From positions 83 to 64,082 of the forward strand of contig DDWQ01000019.1 in NCBI GenBank assembly GCA_002345745.1: a DNA stretch of 64,000 nucleotides, written 5' to 3'. The stretch's first letter is position 1. Every line of letters begins with the position of its first letter. Under the pieces are notes generated by a model. It made no database searches and was not told the origin of the DNA. It was given only the letters and a program-made list of their open reading frames with translations. The position numbers were made by a program, and so were the translations under genes. Positions 10,459 through 19,508 of the stretch are shown here, one piece after another. The DNA is from Candidatus Moranbacteria bacterium UBA2282 (GTDB taxonomy: Bacteria > Patescibacteriota > Minisyncoccia > Moranbacterales > UBA2206).

Positions 10459-10496
10459 AAATATTAAAATTAGTTAGTTACCCAATCTAAAAATGC

Positions 10497-11597
10497 TTAT
10501 TTACCCTTAAAAGCATTATACTGTGTATCTATATATTCCTTTATTTTAGCCTTAAACACGCTTTTGTCAAACTTTTTGGCCTTTTCTCGGATATATACTG
10601 GATCATAATCGGCATAATCAAATTTTCCAACCGCTTCAGCAATAGCTTGTGCAGTCTGTTCTTCAAAAAAAACACCTGTTTTCCCCTCTTCCATATGTTC
10701 TGGGATGTCTCCGCCACGATAGGCAATTATTGGTCGACCAGATGCCATAGCTTCAATTGCCACCAAACCAAAATCTTCTTCTTGTGAAAATAGGAAGGCT
10801 CGGCATTTTGAATAATATTCAGCTAGCTCATCGTCAGAAACACGCCCTAAAAATTCAATGTTTTTTCCAGCCATTTCCTTTAATCTCTTATCTTCTGGAC
10901 CTCTTCCAATCACTTTTAATTTTAGGCCTATCTGGTTAAATGCTTCAATTACAATATCAAACTTTTTATATGCCATAAACCTTCCAACCAACAAAAAATA
11001 ATCTCCGCATTTTTCACTGGTATGAAATCGATCAACATCAATCGGAGGGTGAATAACTAGAGAATCTCGTTTGTAATATTTTTTTATTCTCCGGGCAACG
11101 AAATTAGAATTGGCGATAATTTTGTCTGGCCTGTCAGCACTGACCCTGTCCCAAATACGGATATAATTCATAGCGAAAGGCACCAATTTTTTGATAAAAA
11201 TAGGCAAATCAAAATCACTAGTATACTTTTGACAATCATCCCAAGCAAACCGCATCGGAGTATGCATATAACAAATATGCAGGGTTTCCGGAGTAGTAAT
11301 GATGCCTTTGGCAAAACTGGATGAATCAGACAGCACGATATCATAGTTGGAAAAATCAAACTGTTCAATTGCCATTGGCATAAATTGGGGAAAAACCCGG
11401 TGCTTTTTTCGAGAAAAAGGAATGTTTTGCAAAAAAGATGTTTTTATGTTTTTTCCTTCAAACATTCCATGCATCAAATTTTTGTCATAAACCAAAGTAT
11501 AAATTGAAGCACGTGGAAAAAGTTCCGTAAAACACTCCAGAACCTTTTCTGCTCCTCCAACTTGAACCAAATAATCGTGAACTAGAGCTATTTTCAT
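10497..11597 (-). CDS. glycosyltransferase family 4
   Basis: MKIALVHDYLVQVGGAEKV N-terminus and EEDFGLVAIEAMASGRPIIAY motif. Confidence 0.8.
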   Translation of the reverse strand: MKIALVHDYLVQVGGAEKVLECFTELFPRASIYTLVYDKNLMHGMFEGKNIKTSFLQNIPFSRKKHRVFPQFMPMAIEQFDFSNYDIVLSDSSSFAKGIITTPETLHICYMHTPMRFAWDDCQKYTSDFDLPIFIKKLVPFAMNYIRIWDRVSADRPDKIIANSNFVARRIKKYYKRDSLVIHPPIDVDRFHTSEKCGDYFLLVGRFMAYKKFDIVIEAFNQIGLKLKVIGRGPEDKRLKEMAGKNIEFLGRVSDDELAEYYSKCRAFLFSQEEDFGLVAIEAMASGRPIIAYRGGDIPEHMEEGKTGVFFEEQTAQAIAEAVGKFDYADYDPVYIREKAKKFDKSVFKAKIKEYIDTQYNAFKGK

Positions 11598-11719
11598 AAT
11601 CTTATCTTTCCCCTATTTTACCTCTTTTTCTCGATTTGGACAAACATAATCATAAAAACAAAAAAGGTCAGCCCTACTGCTAACCAAATTTTAATATGAA
11701 CATTAAATAAAATAATTTT

Positions 11720-13147
11720 TTACAAATTCCGCCTTTTACGAAACAAAACCCCGACTGTTTTCAAACAAATCTGAACATCGAGCCACAACGACCAGTTTTC
11801 AATGTAATATAAATCCAATTTATATTCGTGCTCAAAGTCTAAATCAGAGCGACCTGAAACTTGCGCCATACCAGTCACTCCTGGCTTGATAGTTAGCAGG
11901 CGTCGATGATAGTCCATATATTTTTCGACTTCTCGATGCTGATGCGGACGTGGTCCGACTAAACTCATTGATCCAAAAAGAACATTAAAAAATTGTGGCA
12001 ATTCATCAATTGAATATTTTTCAATAAATGTTCCGACGTGTGTTTTTCGTGGGTCATTTATAATTTTATACAATGGACCTTTTCTGACACTTTGTGTTTC
12101 TATTAATTCTCTCTCTACTTTAATAGCCTCTTCTAATTTCGGATTTTCATTCGTCACGCAACAATCCCATTTCATATAGCGGAATTTATATACGAAAAAA
12201 CTTTTACCATCATTACCAACTCTTTCATTTTTATAAATAATTGGTCCACGACTTTCCAACCAGATAGCAATAGCTGTCACAAACATTATCGGCAAGGTTA
12301 TAATAATCCCCACAATAGATGCCGCAATATCAAAAACTCTTTTCAAAATTCTTCCCCAGCCATCCAGTGGTGTGTGTCGGACTTCAATTATTGGCTCGCC
12401 GTTCAAAACACCCACTTCATATTTAGAAGCTTGCAGAGTAGTCGGCATATATTTATACGTGATATTATTCAACGCACAATAATCAATTAACTTTTCCTGC
12501 TCATCATCCGTGATGGATGGCTCACATAAGATTATTTCATCGATGCCTTTTTCTTGACGAATAGTTTTAATTACCTTCAAATGTGCTGTCTCGATTTGAT
12601 CAATAATTTTATATCCAAGATCTTTATTCTGCTTAATAAGCTTCACCATCGTATCCATCTTTCCATTGCGACCAATGAGCAGAACGCGATGCACACCAAT
12701 GCCCTTTGTTCGTAAGAGCCATTTTTGTAGCGATTGCAAAGCATAGCGACCAATTGCTACATAAAAAACCGCGATCATCCAAGCAGCTAGAATTATAAAC
12801 CTAGACGAAAACCATTCTCGCTTTAAAAATATCGCCATAATTACGATGACTAAACCTATAGAAGTTGCACTAAAAATTTTTACAGCTTCTTTCCAAAATT
12901 TTCTTGTTACGCGAATATCATACAAGCCTTCCATCGCATAAATTAAAATAAAAAAAGGAGTGGAAAATAGCACCATTCTTATATATTCATTAAAATGAAC
13001 GTTATGAAATTCTAGGGAAGTTAATTGGAACAATTCCATTATCTCAGGTAATTCACGAATAACAAAAGCAGTGACAGCCGCAAGAACTATCATTAGAAAA
13101 TCAACTGGTATTTGCACAGCGCTAAAAAAAAGTTCTGATCGTTTCAT
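11720..13147 (-). CDS. undecaprenyl-phosphate sugar phosphotransferase (WbaP/CpsE-type initiating transferase)
   Basis: 475 aa, N-terminal TM block and C-terminal bacterial sugar-transferase domain (RPHQHREVEKY...KPGVTGMAQVSGR...YIENWSLWLD). Confidence 0.8.
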   Translation of the reverse strand: MKRSELFFSAVQIPVDFLMIVLAAVTAFVIRELPEIMELFQLTSLEFHNVHFNEYIRMVLFSTPFFILIYAMEGLYDIRVTRKFWKEAVKIFSATSIGLVIVIMAIFLKREWFSSRFIILAAWMIAVFYVAIGRYALQSLQKWLLRTKGIGVHRVLLIGRNGKMDTMVKLIKQNKDLGYKIIDQIETAHLKVIKTIRQEKGIDEIILCEPSITDDEQEKLIDYCALNNITYKYMPTTLQASKYEVGVLNGEPIIEVRHTPLDGWGRILKRVFDIAASIVGIIITLPIMFVTAIAIWLESRGPIIYKNERVGNDGKSFFVYKFRYMKWDCCVTNENPKLEEAIKVERELIETQSVRKGPLYKIINDPRKTHVGTFIEKYSIDELPQFFNVLFGSMSLVGPRPHQHREVEKYMDYHRRLLTIKPGVTGMAQVSGRSDLDFEHEYKLDLYYIENWSLWLDVQICLKTVGVLFRKRRNL

Positions 13148-13179
13148 AAAATATCAATGTTATTGAATCTAAAATTTTC

Positions 13180-13591
13180 AAGGTAAATCTGTAAGCCGGA
13201 TTCTGTTAAAAATAATCATTTATCTGGGCTTATTGTTACCAATAAGCTCTTGCAGTACCCACCAATACGAAGCACTGAAAACACCAATTTACTGTTTTCA
13301 CTGCTTCGCATTGGCGTACGACCTTGCATCTAAGTAAGGATTTAGCCGTTTCACCCCCAATATTACTATCGGGGCTCACCCCGAAGGGTGCTTTGATATT
13401 TTCACATCAAAGCGTCTCTGCTCGCACCTCGTAGGTCACCCTAGACGGGCGTTACCCGCTACCGATCCCCGCACTAACTTTGCATAGCACCTATGGTGCT
13501 TAGGCCGAAGGCCGATGCAAAGTTAGTGCGGGGCTGATGTCCGGACTTTCCTCCCTTCACAAAAGCGAAGAGCGATTATTCAATTTACCTT
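13180..13591 (-). ncRNA. rnpB: RNase P RNA (bacterial type A), rnpB
   Basis: No ORF is listed here. The minus strand contains the hallmarks GGGAGGAAAGUCCGG (P4 5' strand), GCGGGUAACGCCCG (P8), GGGGGUGAAACGG, AGAUAAAUGAUUA (J18/2-like) and ACAGAAUCCGGCUUA (P4 3' strand). A P1 closure pairs AAGGUAAAU with AUUUACCUU. Confidence 0.85.
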
Positions 13592-13701
13592 GAAAATACT
13601 AAATTCAATTATTAAAAAACCTTCTTATATAGCCTTACTATAATAGTAAATTTATGGCCTTTTGTCAAGTTCTAAGACCATAAAAAACCTTACTTAAGCC
13701 A

Positions 13702-16386
13702 CTAAAAATGCTTAATGCTCTTTTGTAACTCTTTCTGAATTTTCACTTTCTCTTTATATTCTTCTATCCTGCTTTTTGTCGCTTCAATAATCTCTTCTGG
13801 TGCTCCAGCCACAAAATTCTTATTTTTCAACATCCCCTCATTTTTAACAATCAGGTTTTCCAAATTTTTAACTTCTTTATCTATCGCAATTAACTCTTTT
13901 TCCACATCAATTGATTTGGAAATATTGAGTTGCAAGGTTCGGTTTCTAGTCGCGACTTGAATCATTTTTTCTTTCATACCTTTGCCAATTTCAATGTTAA
14001 CTCGAGCTAATTTCTCAATGATTTCTTTTTCTATTTTTTCGTTTCCATAAGCTTCAATTAAATCAATTGGGTCAATATGATAGCTAGCTCGAATGTTGCG
14101 AACTTTAGCAATCAATTCTTGCAAATCAGCAAAACTATTTTGAACTTTAGCATCAATAAATTTCTTTTCACTTTTTGGCCATTGTGCCATCATGAGCAAC
14201 TTGGACACTGGGTGTCCAAGGACACTCAGTGTCCTCTCATTCATAACTTGATAAATTTCTTCTGTCACGAACGGCGTAAATGGGTGCCACAGTTTTAAAA
14301 TCTTATCTAGAACATAACCCAAAACTTTTGTGTTTTTTTCAAGCTTATTAACTTCAAGGTACCATGACGCAAAACTATCCCATGTAAACTTGCGCAATGC
14401 ATCCTGAGCTAGGGAGATATTTTTATCTTTCAGAAAATCTGTGACTTTTTTATTCACGCCCTCTAACTCAGAAACAATCCACTTGTCAGACAAAGTTTTC
14501 AAATCATTCTTGCTAATTTTTTCCACTAAAACAAAGTCTTTATCTGATTGTTCACAATACCGAAAAATATTCCACAATTTAGTTACGAAATTGCGAAAGC
14601 TTTCTACTTTCTCTTCATACAAGCGTGAATCTTGCCCAGGAGCGATGTCCATCACCAGACTCAAACGCAAGGCATCCGCACCATATTTTTCAATTGTTTC
14701 TAATGGATCAATCCCATTGCCACGCGATTTGGAAAACTTATGACCCTCCTTATCTCGCACTAACCCGGTGAAATATAAATTTTTAAATGGAACTTTGCCA
14801 GTGCGATAAGCACCCATCATCAGCATTCTAGTCGCCCAAAAAGGCAAAATATCCCTGCCCATTACCATCATATCGGTTGGATAAAAATTTTTGAAATCTT
14901 TTCCCTTTGGTAAACCTAATGTCGTATACGGCCATTGACTTGAAGAAAACCAAGTATCAAAAGTGTTTTCATCTTGGATCCAACCCTTGCCTTTCGGCGC
15001 AGTGAGTCCAACATAAATTTCTTGATTTTCATTAGCTTTTGACTTTTGACTTTCGGCTTTCGGCTTCTCTCGATACCATACTGGAAATTGCGGGCCCCAC
15101 CAAATTTGTCGTGAGATACACCAATCATGCAAATTAGAAATCCAATTGATAATAATTTTTTTAAAATTTTCTGGATAGATTTCGACTTTACCTGATTTAA
15201 TCATCTCTAGTGTTTTTTTCTTAAGAGAATATTTTTCCGCATCAACTGACACAAACCATTGATTGGAAATCAGTGGTTCAATGACGGTTTTACATCTTTC
15301 ACAAACAGAAACATTATTTGTGATGGGTTCTTCCTTTTCAAATAAATCTAATTTTTGCAAGTCAGCAATTATTTTTTCTCGCGCTTCTAGAACTCCCATA
15401 CCAGCATATTCTCCGCCATTAATTGTGATTTCTGCTTTCTCGTCAATTACAAAAATCTCTTCTAGTTTGTGATCTTTACCAATTTGCCAATCCAAAGGAT
15501 CGTGTGCTGGTGTAATTTTCACCGCGCCCGTTCCGAAATCCATAGCAATCCGTCGATCAGCAATCACGGGGATTTCCCTGTTCTGCAATGGCAAAATTAG
15601 GTTTTGACCGATAAAACTCAAAAATCGTTTATCTTTTGGATTGACCGCCACGGCCGTGTCGCCCAGCATCGTTTCTGGACGCGTCGTTGCTACCACGACA
15701 AACTCCTTGGAATCTTTAACTGGATATTTGATATAATATAACTTGCCATTTTTTTCTTGATGTTCAACTTCCACGTCGGATAAGGCGGTCGCACAGCGTG
15801 AACACCAATTGATAATCCGATTACCTTTGTACACCAAACCATCTTTATACATTTTAACAAAAGTCTCCAGTGCTATTTTCAGACTATCTGGATCCAGTGT
15901 AAATTTTTCTCGCGACCAATCAGCACTAATGCCAATTTTTTTTTCTTGGGAACGCATATAATTGGAACGACCAATGCAAAAATCATAGCAATCTTTATAG
16001 AATTTTTCTCGTCCAATTTTATCGCGAGTTATGCCTTGTTCTTCTTTTATTTTTCGCTCATACACCACTTGTGTTTGAATTCCGGCGTGATCTTTACCCG
16101 GTAAAAGCAAAACTTTTTTGCCTTGCATACGCTCGAAACGTCCGAAAATGTCCATCACTGTGTAGCCACTGGCATGCCCCAAATGAAGTTCTCCATTAGC
16201 ATTCGGCGGCGGCAAAATATTGCAATATTTTCCTTGCCTACCGGCAGGCAGGTTCGTTGCCTTAATATTATCTGGATTAAAAAATCCACTCTCTTCCCAG
16301 AGCTTATAAATCTCAGCTTCGCGTTCTTTGAAATTATACTGCTTTGAAATTTCTCGCATAACTATTTTAATTATTTTTACCATCAA
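13702..16386 (-). CDS. valS: valine--tRNA ligase
   Basis: 894 aa class I aaRS with HLGH and KFSKS motifs, editing domain and C-terminal coiled coil. Confidence 0.9.
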   Translation of the reverse strand: MMVKIIKIVMREISKQYNFKEREAEIYKLWEESGFFNPDNIKATNLPAGRQGKYCNILPPPNANGELHLGHASGYTVMDIFGRFERMQGKKVLLLPGKDHAGIQTQVVYERKIKEEQGITRDKIGREKFYKDCYDFCIGRSNYMRSQEKKIGISADWSREKFTLDPDSLKIALETFVKMYKDGLVYKGNRIINWCSRCATALSDVEVEHQEKNGKLYYIKYPVKDSKEFVVVATTRPETMLGDTAVAVNPKDKRFLSFIGQNLILPLQNREIPVIADRRIAMDFGTGAVKITPAHDPLDWQIGKDHKLEEIFVIDEKAEITINGGEYAGMGVLEAREKIIADLQKLDLFEKEEPITNNVSVCERCKTVIEPLISNQWFVSVDAEKYSLKKKTLEMIKSGKVEIYPENFKKIIINWISNLHDWCISRQIWWGPQFPVWYREKPKAESQKSKANENQEIYVGLTAPKGKGWIQDENTFDTWFSSSQWPYTTLGLPKGKDFKNFYPTDMMVMGRDILPFWATRMLMMGAYRTGKVPFKNLYFTGLVRDKEGHKFSKSRGNGIDPLETIEKYGADALRLSLVMDIAPGQDSRLYEEKVESFRNFVTKLWNIFRYCEQSDKDFVLVEKISKNDLKTLSDKWIVSELEGVNKKVTDFLKDKNISLAQDALRKFTWDSFASWYLEVNKLEKNTKVLGYVLDKILKLWHPFTPFVTEEIYQVMNERTLSVLGHPVSKLLMMAQWPKSEKKFIDAKVQNSFADLQELIAKVRNIRASYHIDPIDLIEAYGNEKIEKEIIEKLARVNIEIGKGMKEKMIQVATRNRTLQLNISKSIDVEKELIAIDKEVKNLENLIVKNEGMLKNKNFVAGAPEEIIEATKSRIEEYKEKVKIQKELQKSIKHF

Positions 16387-16437
16387 TCCATCAACTTCTA
16401 TGCCTTCTAATGTTCAGCCTGAATTTCCACTTCTAAC

Positions 16438-17577
16438 TTATCGAAGTAGTGCATCTAATTCCTTCTCGGTTTTTGTGCGGATTTCTGCTTGTATTTTATT
16501 AATTTCTTCGTTAGTTAGAGTTCTCTCGGATGAACGATAAACAATACGAAATGTGTAGCTTTTCTTATCCACACCAAACTTTTCCTCATTTTCATATTCA
16601 TCCAAAAGTTTTACCTCCTCGATTAGATTTTCCGCATAATCTCGAACAATTTCATAATAATTATTGAGGCTCACATCTTTATTTATGATAAATGAAATGT
16701 CTCTAATAGTCGCGGGAAATTTACTAACCTCTTTGAATTTACTATTGATATCTTTAAATTGGCTGGTGATTCTCTCATCAGTCGACCAAAGAATTCTAAT
16801 ATCTGGTATTTCCATTTTTATCATCGCCAATCTCTCGCCAAAGCCAAAAGCCCAACCATTATAAACTTCGGGATCTAGACCAAAATTTTTCATAACAACC
16901 GGATTAACTAGTCCAGCACCATTAACCTCCATCCAATCTCCATTAAACATAATATCCATCTCTAAGCTCTCGACTGTATACGGAAAAGTGTCTTCCAAAA
17001 ATTTATATTCAATATCCGGTCCGAAAATCCCCTTCGCTAAATCAATCTGAACGTCTTTCAAATCTTGTTGAGTAATGATTTTTTTATCTTTTTTACAAAT
17101 GAATAGACCGTCAATTTGATGAAAAGCGGGAAAATGATGCCTGTCTATTTCATCTTTTCTATAAACAATTCCGGGAGCCAAAGCTTTAATTTCTCCTTCC
17201 TCTTCCAATTTTTTCAGAACCTCTGCATCTTTTAAATAAAAAGACCAAAAAGCTGTCATCTGCGTTCGCAAAATATGGATATCATCCAAATAATATGTAT
17301 CAGTTTCTCCTCGACTTGGATGATCTTTTGGCGCATTCAGAAGATCAAAACATTGATCGACAGTTACAACTTTTGGAAATTCAACAATATCAAAACCGTC
17401 AAACCGTTGCAAATTAATTATTTGATCAAATAAAATTTTCACCGGCGAATGCTCTTTTTTTGTAAGGTCTGGCAAAGCCAAAAGTCTTTTTATGCGCTCA
17501 GCTTTTATATCACTCCGTTTATTCAACTCTTCTATTAATGTTTTTTCGTCCGGATCCTCAATAATAATTTTTCTCAT
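16438..17577 (-). CDS. pheS: phenylalanine--tRNA ligase alpha subunit fused to a C-terminal PheT-type FDX-ACB anticodon-binding domain
   Basis: PheS class II motifs are present (IVYRKDEIDRHHFPAFHQIDGLF and GWAFGFGERLAMI). The C-terminal ~80 aa FPATIRDISFIINKDV...YTFRIVYRSSERTLTNEEINKIQAEI matches the C-terminal FDX-ACB domain of PheT and mitochondrial PheRS. Confidence 0.75.
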   Translation of the reverse strand: MRKIIIEDPDEKTLIEELNKRSDIKAERIKRLLALPDLTKKEHSPVKILFDQIINLQRFDGFDIVEFPKVVTVDQCFDLLNAPKDHPSRGETDTYYLDDIHILRTQMTAFWSFYLKDAEVLKKLEEEGEIKALAPGIVYRKDEIDRHHFPAFHQIDGLFICKKDKKIITQQDLKDVQIDLAKGIFGPDIEYKFLEDTFPYTVESLEMDIMFNGDWMEVNGAGLVNPVVMKNFGLDPEVYNGWAFGFGERLAMIKMEIPDIRILWSTDERITSQFKDINSKFKEVSKFPATIRDISFIINKDVSLNNYYEIVRDYAENLIEEVKLLDEYENEEKFGVDKKSYTFRIVYRSSERTLTNEEINKIQAEIRTKTEKELDALLR

Positions 17578-17606
17578 AATTTTATCAATTATTTATTTGA
17601 ACTAGG

Positions 17607-17759
17607 CTCTGTAACAAAATAACTTGTGCAGTTCGTGCTCAGATTTGCGTCAGATTTGTTTTAAAAAATTTGAGAATGTATCGAGATACTTTGAGGATTT
17701 TTTTAAACAAAGATGATGTGAAGATGAGTGCGAAATGTATGAGCTATTTTGTTACAGAG
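17607..17759. repeat. 15-bp perfect inverted repeats (CTCTGTAACAAAATA / TATTTTGTTACAGAG) bounding a 153-bp intergenic segment
   Basis: The repeats are at 17607-17621 and 17745-17759. The right repeat overlaps the last codons and stop of the tRNA-binding gene. The interior contains a CAGATTTG direct repeat. Confidence 0.5.
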
Positions 17760-18207
17760 ACTTGATATATTTTGCAAATTCCATTCCAATTTCAGCTTTT
17801 TCATCTAAAATAAAAATTCCTGAATGATCTTCGCCTATCCCCAATTCATCTTTAGCGCACAACATCCCAAAAGATTTCTCTCCGCGAATCTCCGCTTCTT
17901 TGATTTCCATCCCATTTGGCATTTTCGTGCCAACGAGCGCAACTGGAACTTTTTGTCCAACTGCGATATTCGGAGCACCGCAAACAATCTGAAGTTTCCT
18001 TCCGACTGCCCCCTCTCCTCTCTGAGGAGAGGGCTGGGGTGAGGTTTCTCCGATATCTACGATTGCAATTTGCAATCTATCAGCATTTGGATGTTTTGCA
18101 ATTTCCAAAATCTTCCCCACCACCACGCCAGCAAACGCCTGGTTTTGTTTTTCTGAAGCTACTTTTATGCCTAAAATATTTTTTAACCAACTATAAATAT
18201 ATTTCAT
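17752..18207 (-). CDS. stand-alone tRNA-binding protein resembling the PheT N-terminal domains (B1 plus OB-fold tRNA-binding domain)
   Basis: MKYIYSWLKN...AGVVVGKILEIAKHPNADRLQIAIVDIGE...LQIVCGAPNIAVGQKVPVAL...KIRGEKSFGMLC aligns with the first ~150 aa of bacterial PheT. It carries a GC-rich in-frame insert (TSPQPSPQRGEGAVG). Confidence 0.65.
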   Translation of the reverse strand: MKYIYSWLKNILGIKVASEKQNQAFAGVVVGKILEIAKHPNADRLQIAIVDIGETSPQPSPQRGEGAVGRKLQIVCGAPNIAVGQKVPVALVGTKMPNGMEIKEAEIRGEKSFGMLCAKDELGIGEDHSGIFILDEKAEIGMEFAKYIKSL

Positions 18208-18219
18208 ATAGGGATACTA

Positions 18220-19404
18220 TTAAAATTTAATTTTTGCAAATCCAAATTTTCCAACTTTGCAAACAGCGCCATCATCAGCTGCGGTTAAAATCCTTTGCCA
18301 ATCACCTTCACGTTTGCCATTGATTTCCAAACCACCTTGTTCAATTTTTCTTCTCGCCTCACCGTTGCTTTTAGCTAAATTGGCCAAGACAAGAAATTCA
18401 ACTATTTTTATTTCATCTTTATTTACCTTAACCTCCTTTACCTCCTCAGGTATTTCCTTGTTCGAAATTGTTTTCACAAAATATTCTTTGGCTTTTTCCG
18501 CTGCCTCTTCGCCGTGATAAATTTTCACAATTTCTTGCGCCAAAACTATCTTTGCATCACGCGGGTTTTCTAATTGCAAGAGTTTTTTAATTTCTTCTAC
18601 AGAGATTCTGGTACAATGAATCAAATATTCGTTAAGCAAAGAATCCGGAACACTCATAATCTTTCCAAACATAGTGTTTGAATCATCCGTAAGATTAATG
18701 GTATTCCCCCAACTTGAACTCATCTTTCTGCCATCTGTTCCGGAAATAATATTTGTCATCAAAATATCTTGTTGTTTTTGTCCAAATTTTTCCTGCAAGA
18801 CTCTACCAGCCAACAGATTAAACCGCTGATCCTGTCCACCCAATTCGACATCCGCTTGCAATTCCACACTGTCATAACCTTGCATCAACGGATACAAAAC
18901 TTCTCGCAATGAAACTCTCTTGCCAGCATCCAATCTTTTTTTAATATTATCCCTTGAAATAAATTCATGCAAAGAAAAACAATCCGCATGTTCGCCAATT
19001 TCGCGATAACCCAATTTATTTAGCCAATCTGCATTATATACGATTTCAATCTTATCCATATCCAAAATTTTCCCAGCTTGCTGTGCATAAGCCTGCATAT
19101 TTTTTTCTACCATTTCCTGAGTCAACATCGGCCTTTCCGAATCCTTATCTGAAGTATCCCCAATTACCCCGGTGGCATTTCCAACCAAAAGAATAATGTG
19201 ATGTCCTAAATCTTGCAGATCTTTCAATTTCAAAAGTAAAACCGCCCGGCCAATATGTATATTTGGACTAGTTGGATCCATGCCAAACTTTATTCTCAGC
19301 TTTTCACCAGAAAGAAGTTTTTTTCTTAAATTTTCTTTATTGATAACCTCAGCAACGCCTCGGCTCAAAATCTCATCTATTCGATTTTCTAAGTTTTTAT
19401 CCAT
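18220..19404 (-). CDS. tyrS: tyrosine--tRNA ligase
   Basis: 394 aa class I aaRS with a HIGH-type motif (PNIHIGR), KMSSS and a C-terminal S4 domain. Confidence 0.85.
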   Translation of the reverse strand: MDKNLENRIDEILSRGVAEVINKENLRKKLLSGEKLRIKFGMDPTSPNIHIGRAVLLLKLKDLQDLGHHIILLVGNATGVIGDTSDKDSERPMLTQEMVEKNMQAYAQQAGKILDMDKIEIVYNADWLNKLGYREIGEHADCFSLHEFISRDNIKKRLDAGKRVSLREVLYPLMQGYDSVELQADVELGGQDQRFNLLAGRVLQEKFGQKQQDILMTNIISGTDGRKMSSSWGNTINLTDDSNTMFGKIMSVPDSLLNEYLIHCTRISVEEIKKLLQLENPRDAKIVLAQEIVKIYHGEEAAEKAKEYFVKTISNKEIPEEVKEVKVNKDEIKIVEFLVLANLAKSNGEARRKIEQGGLEINGKREGDWQRILTAADDGAVCKVGKFGFAKIKF

Positions 19405-19508
19405 ATAGGAATAATACCAGTCTTAAAGCTTTTTTGCAATATGTGTATAATTTCTGCAAAAAACAAAACCATCCGCGCAAACGAATGGTTTTATATCAAA
19501 AAGTTTGA

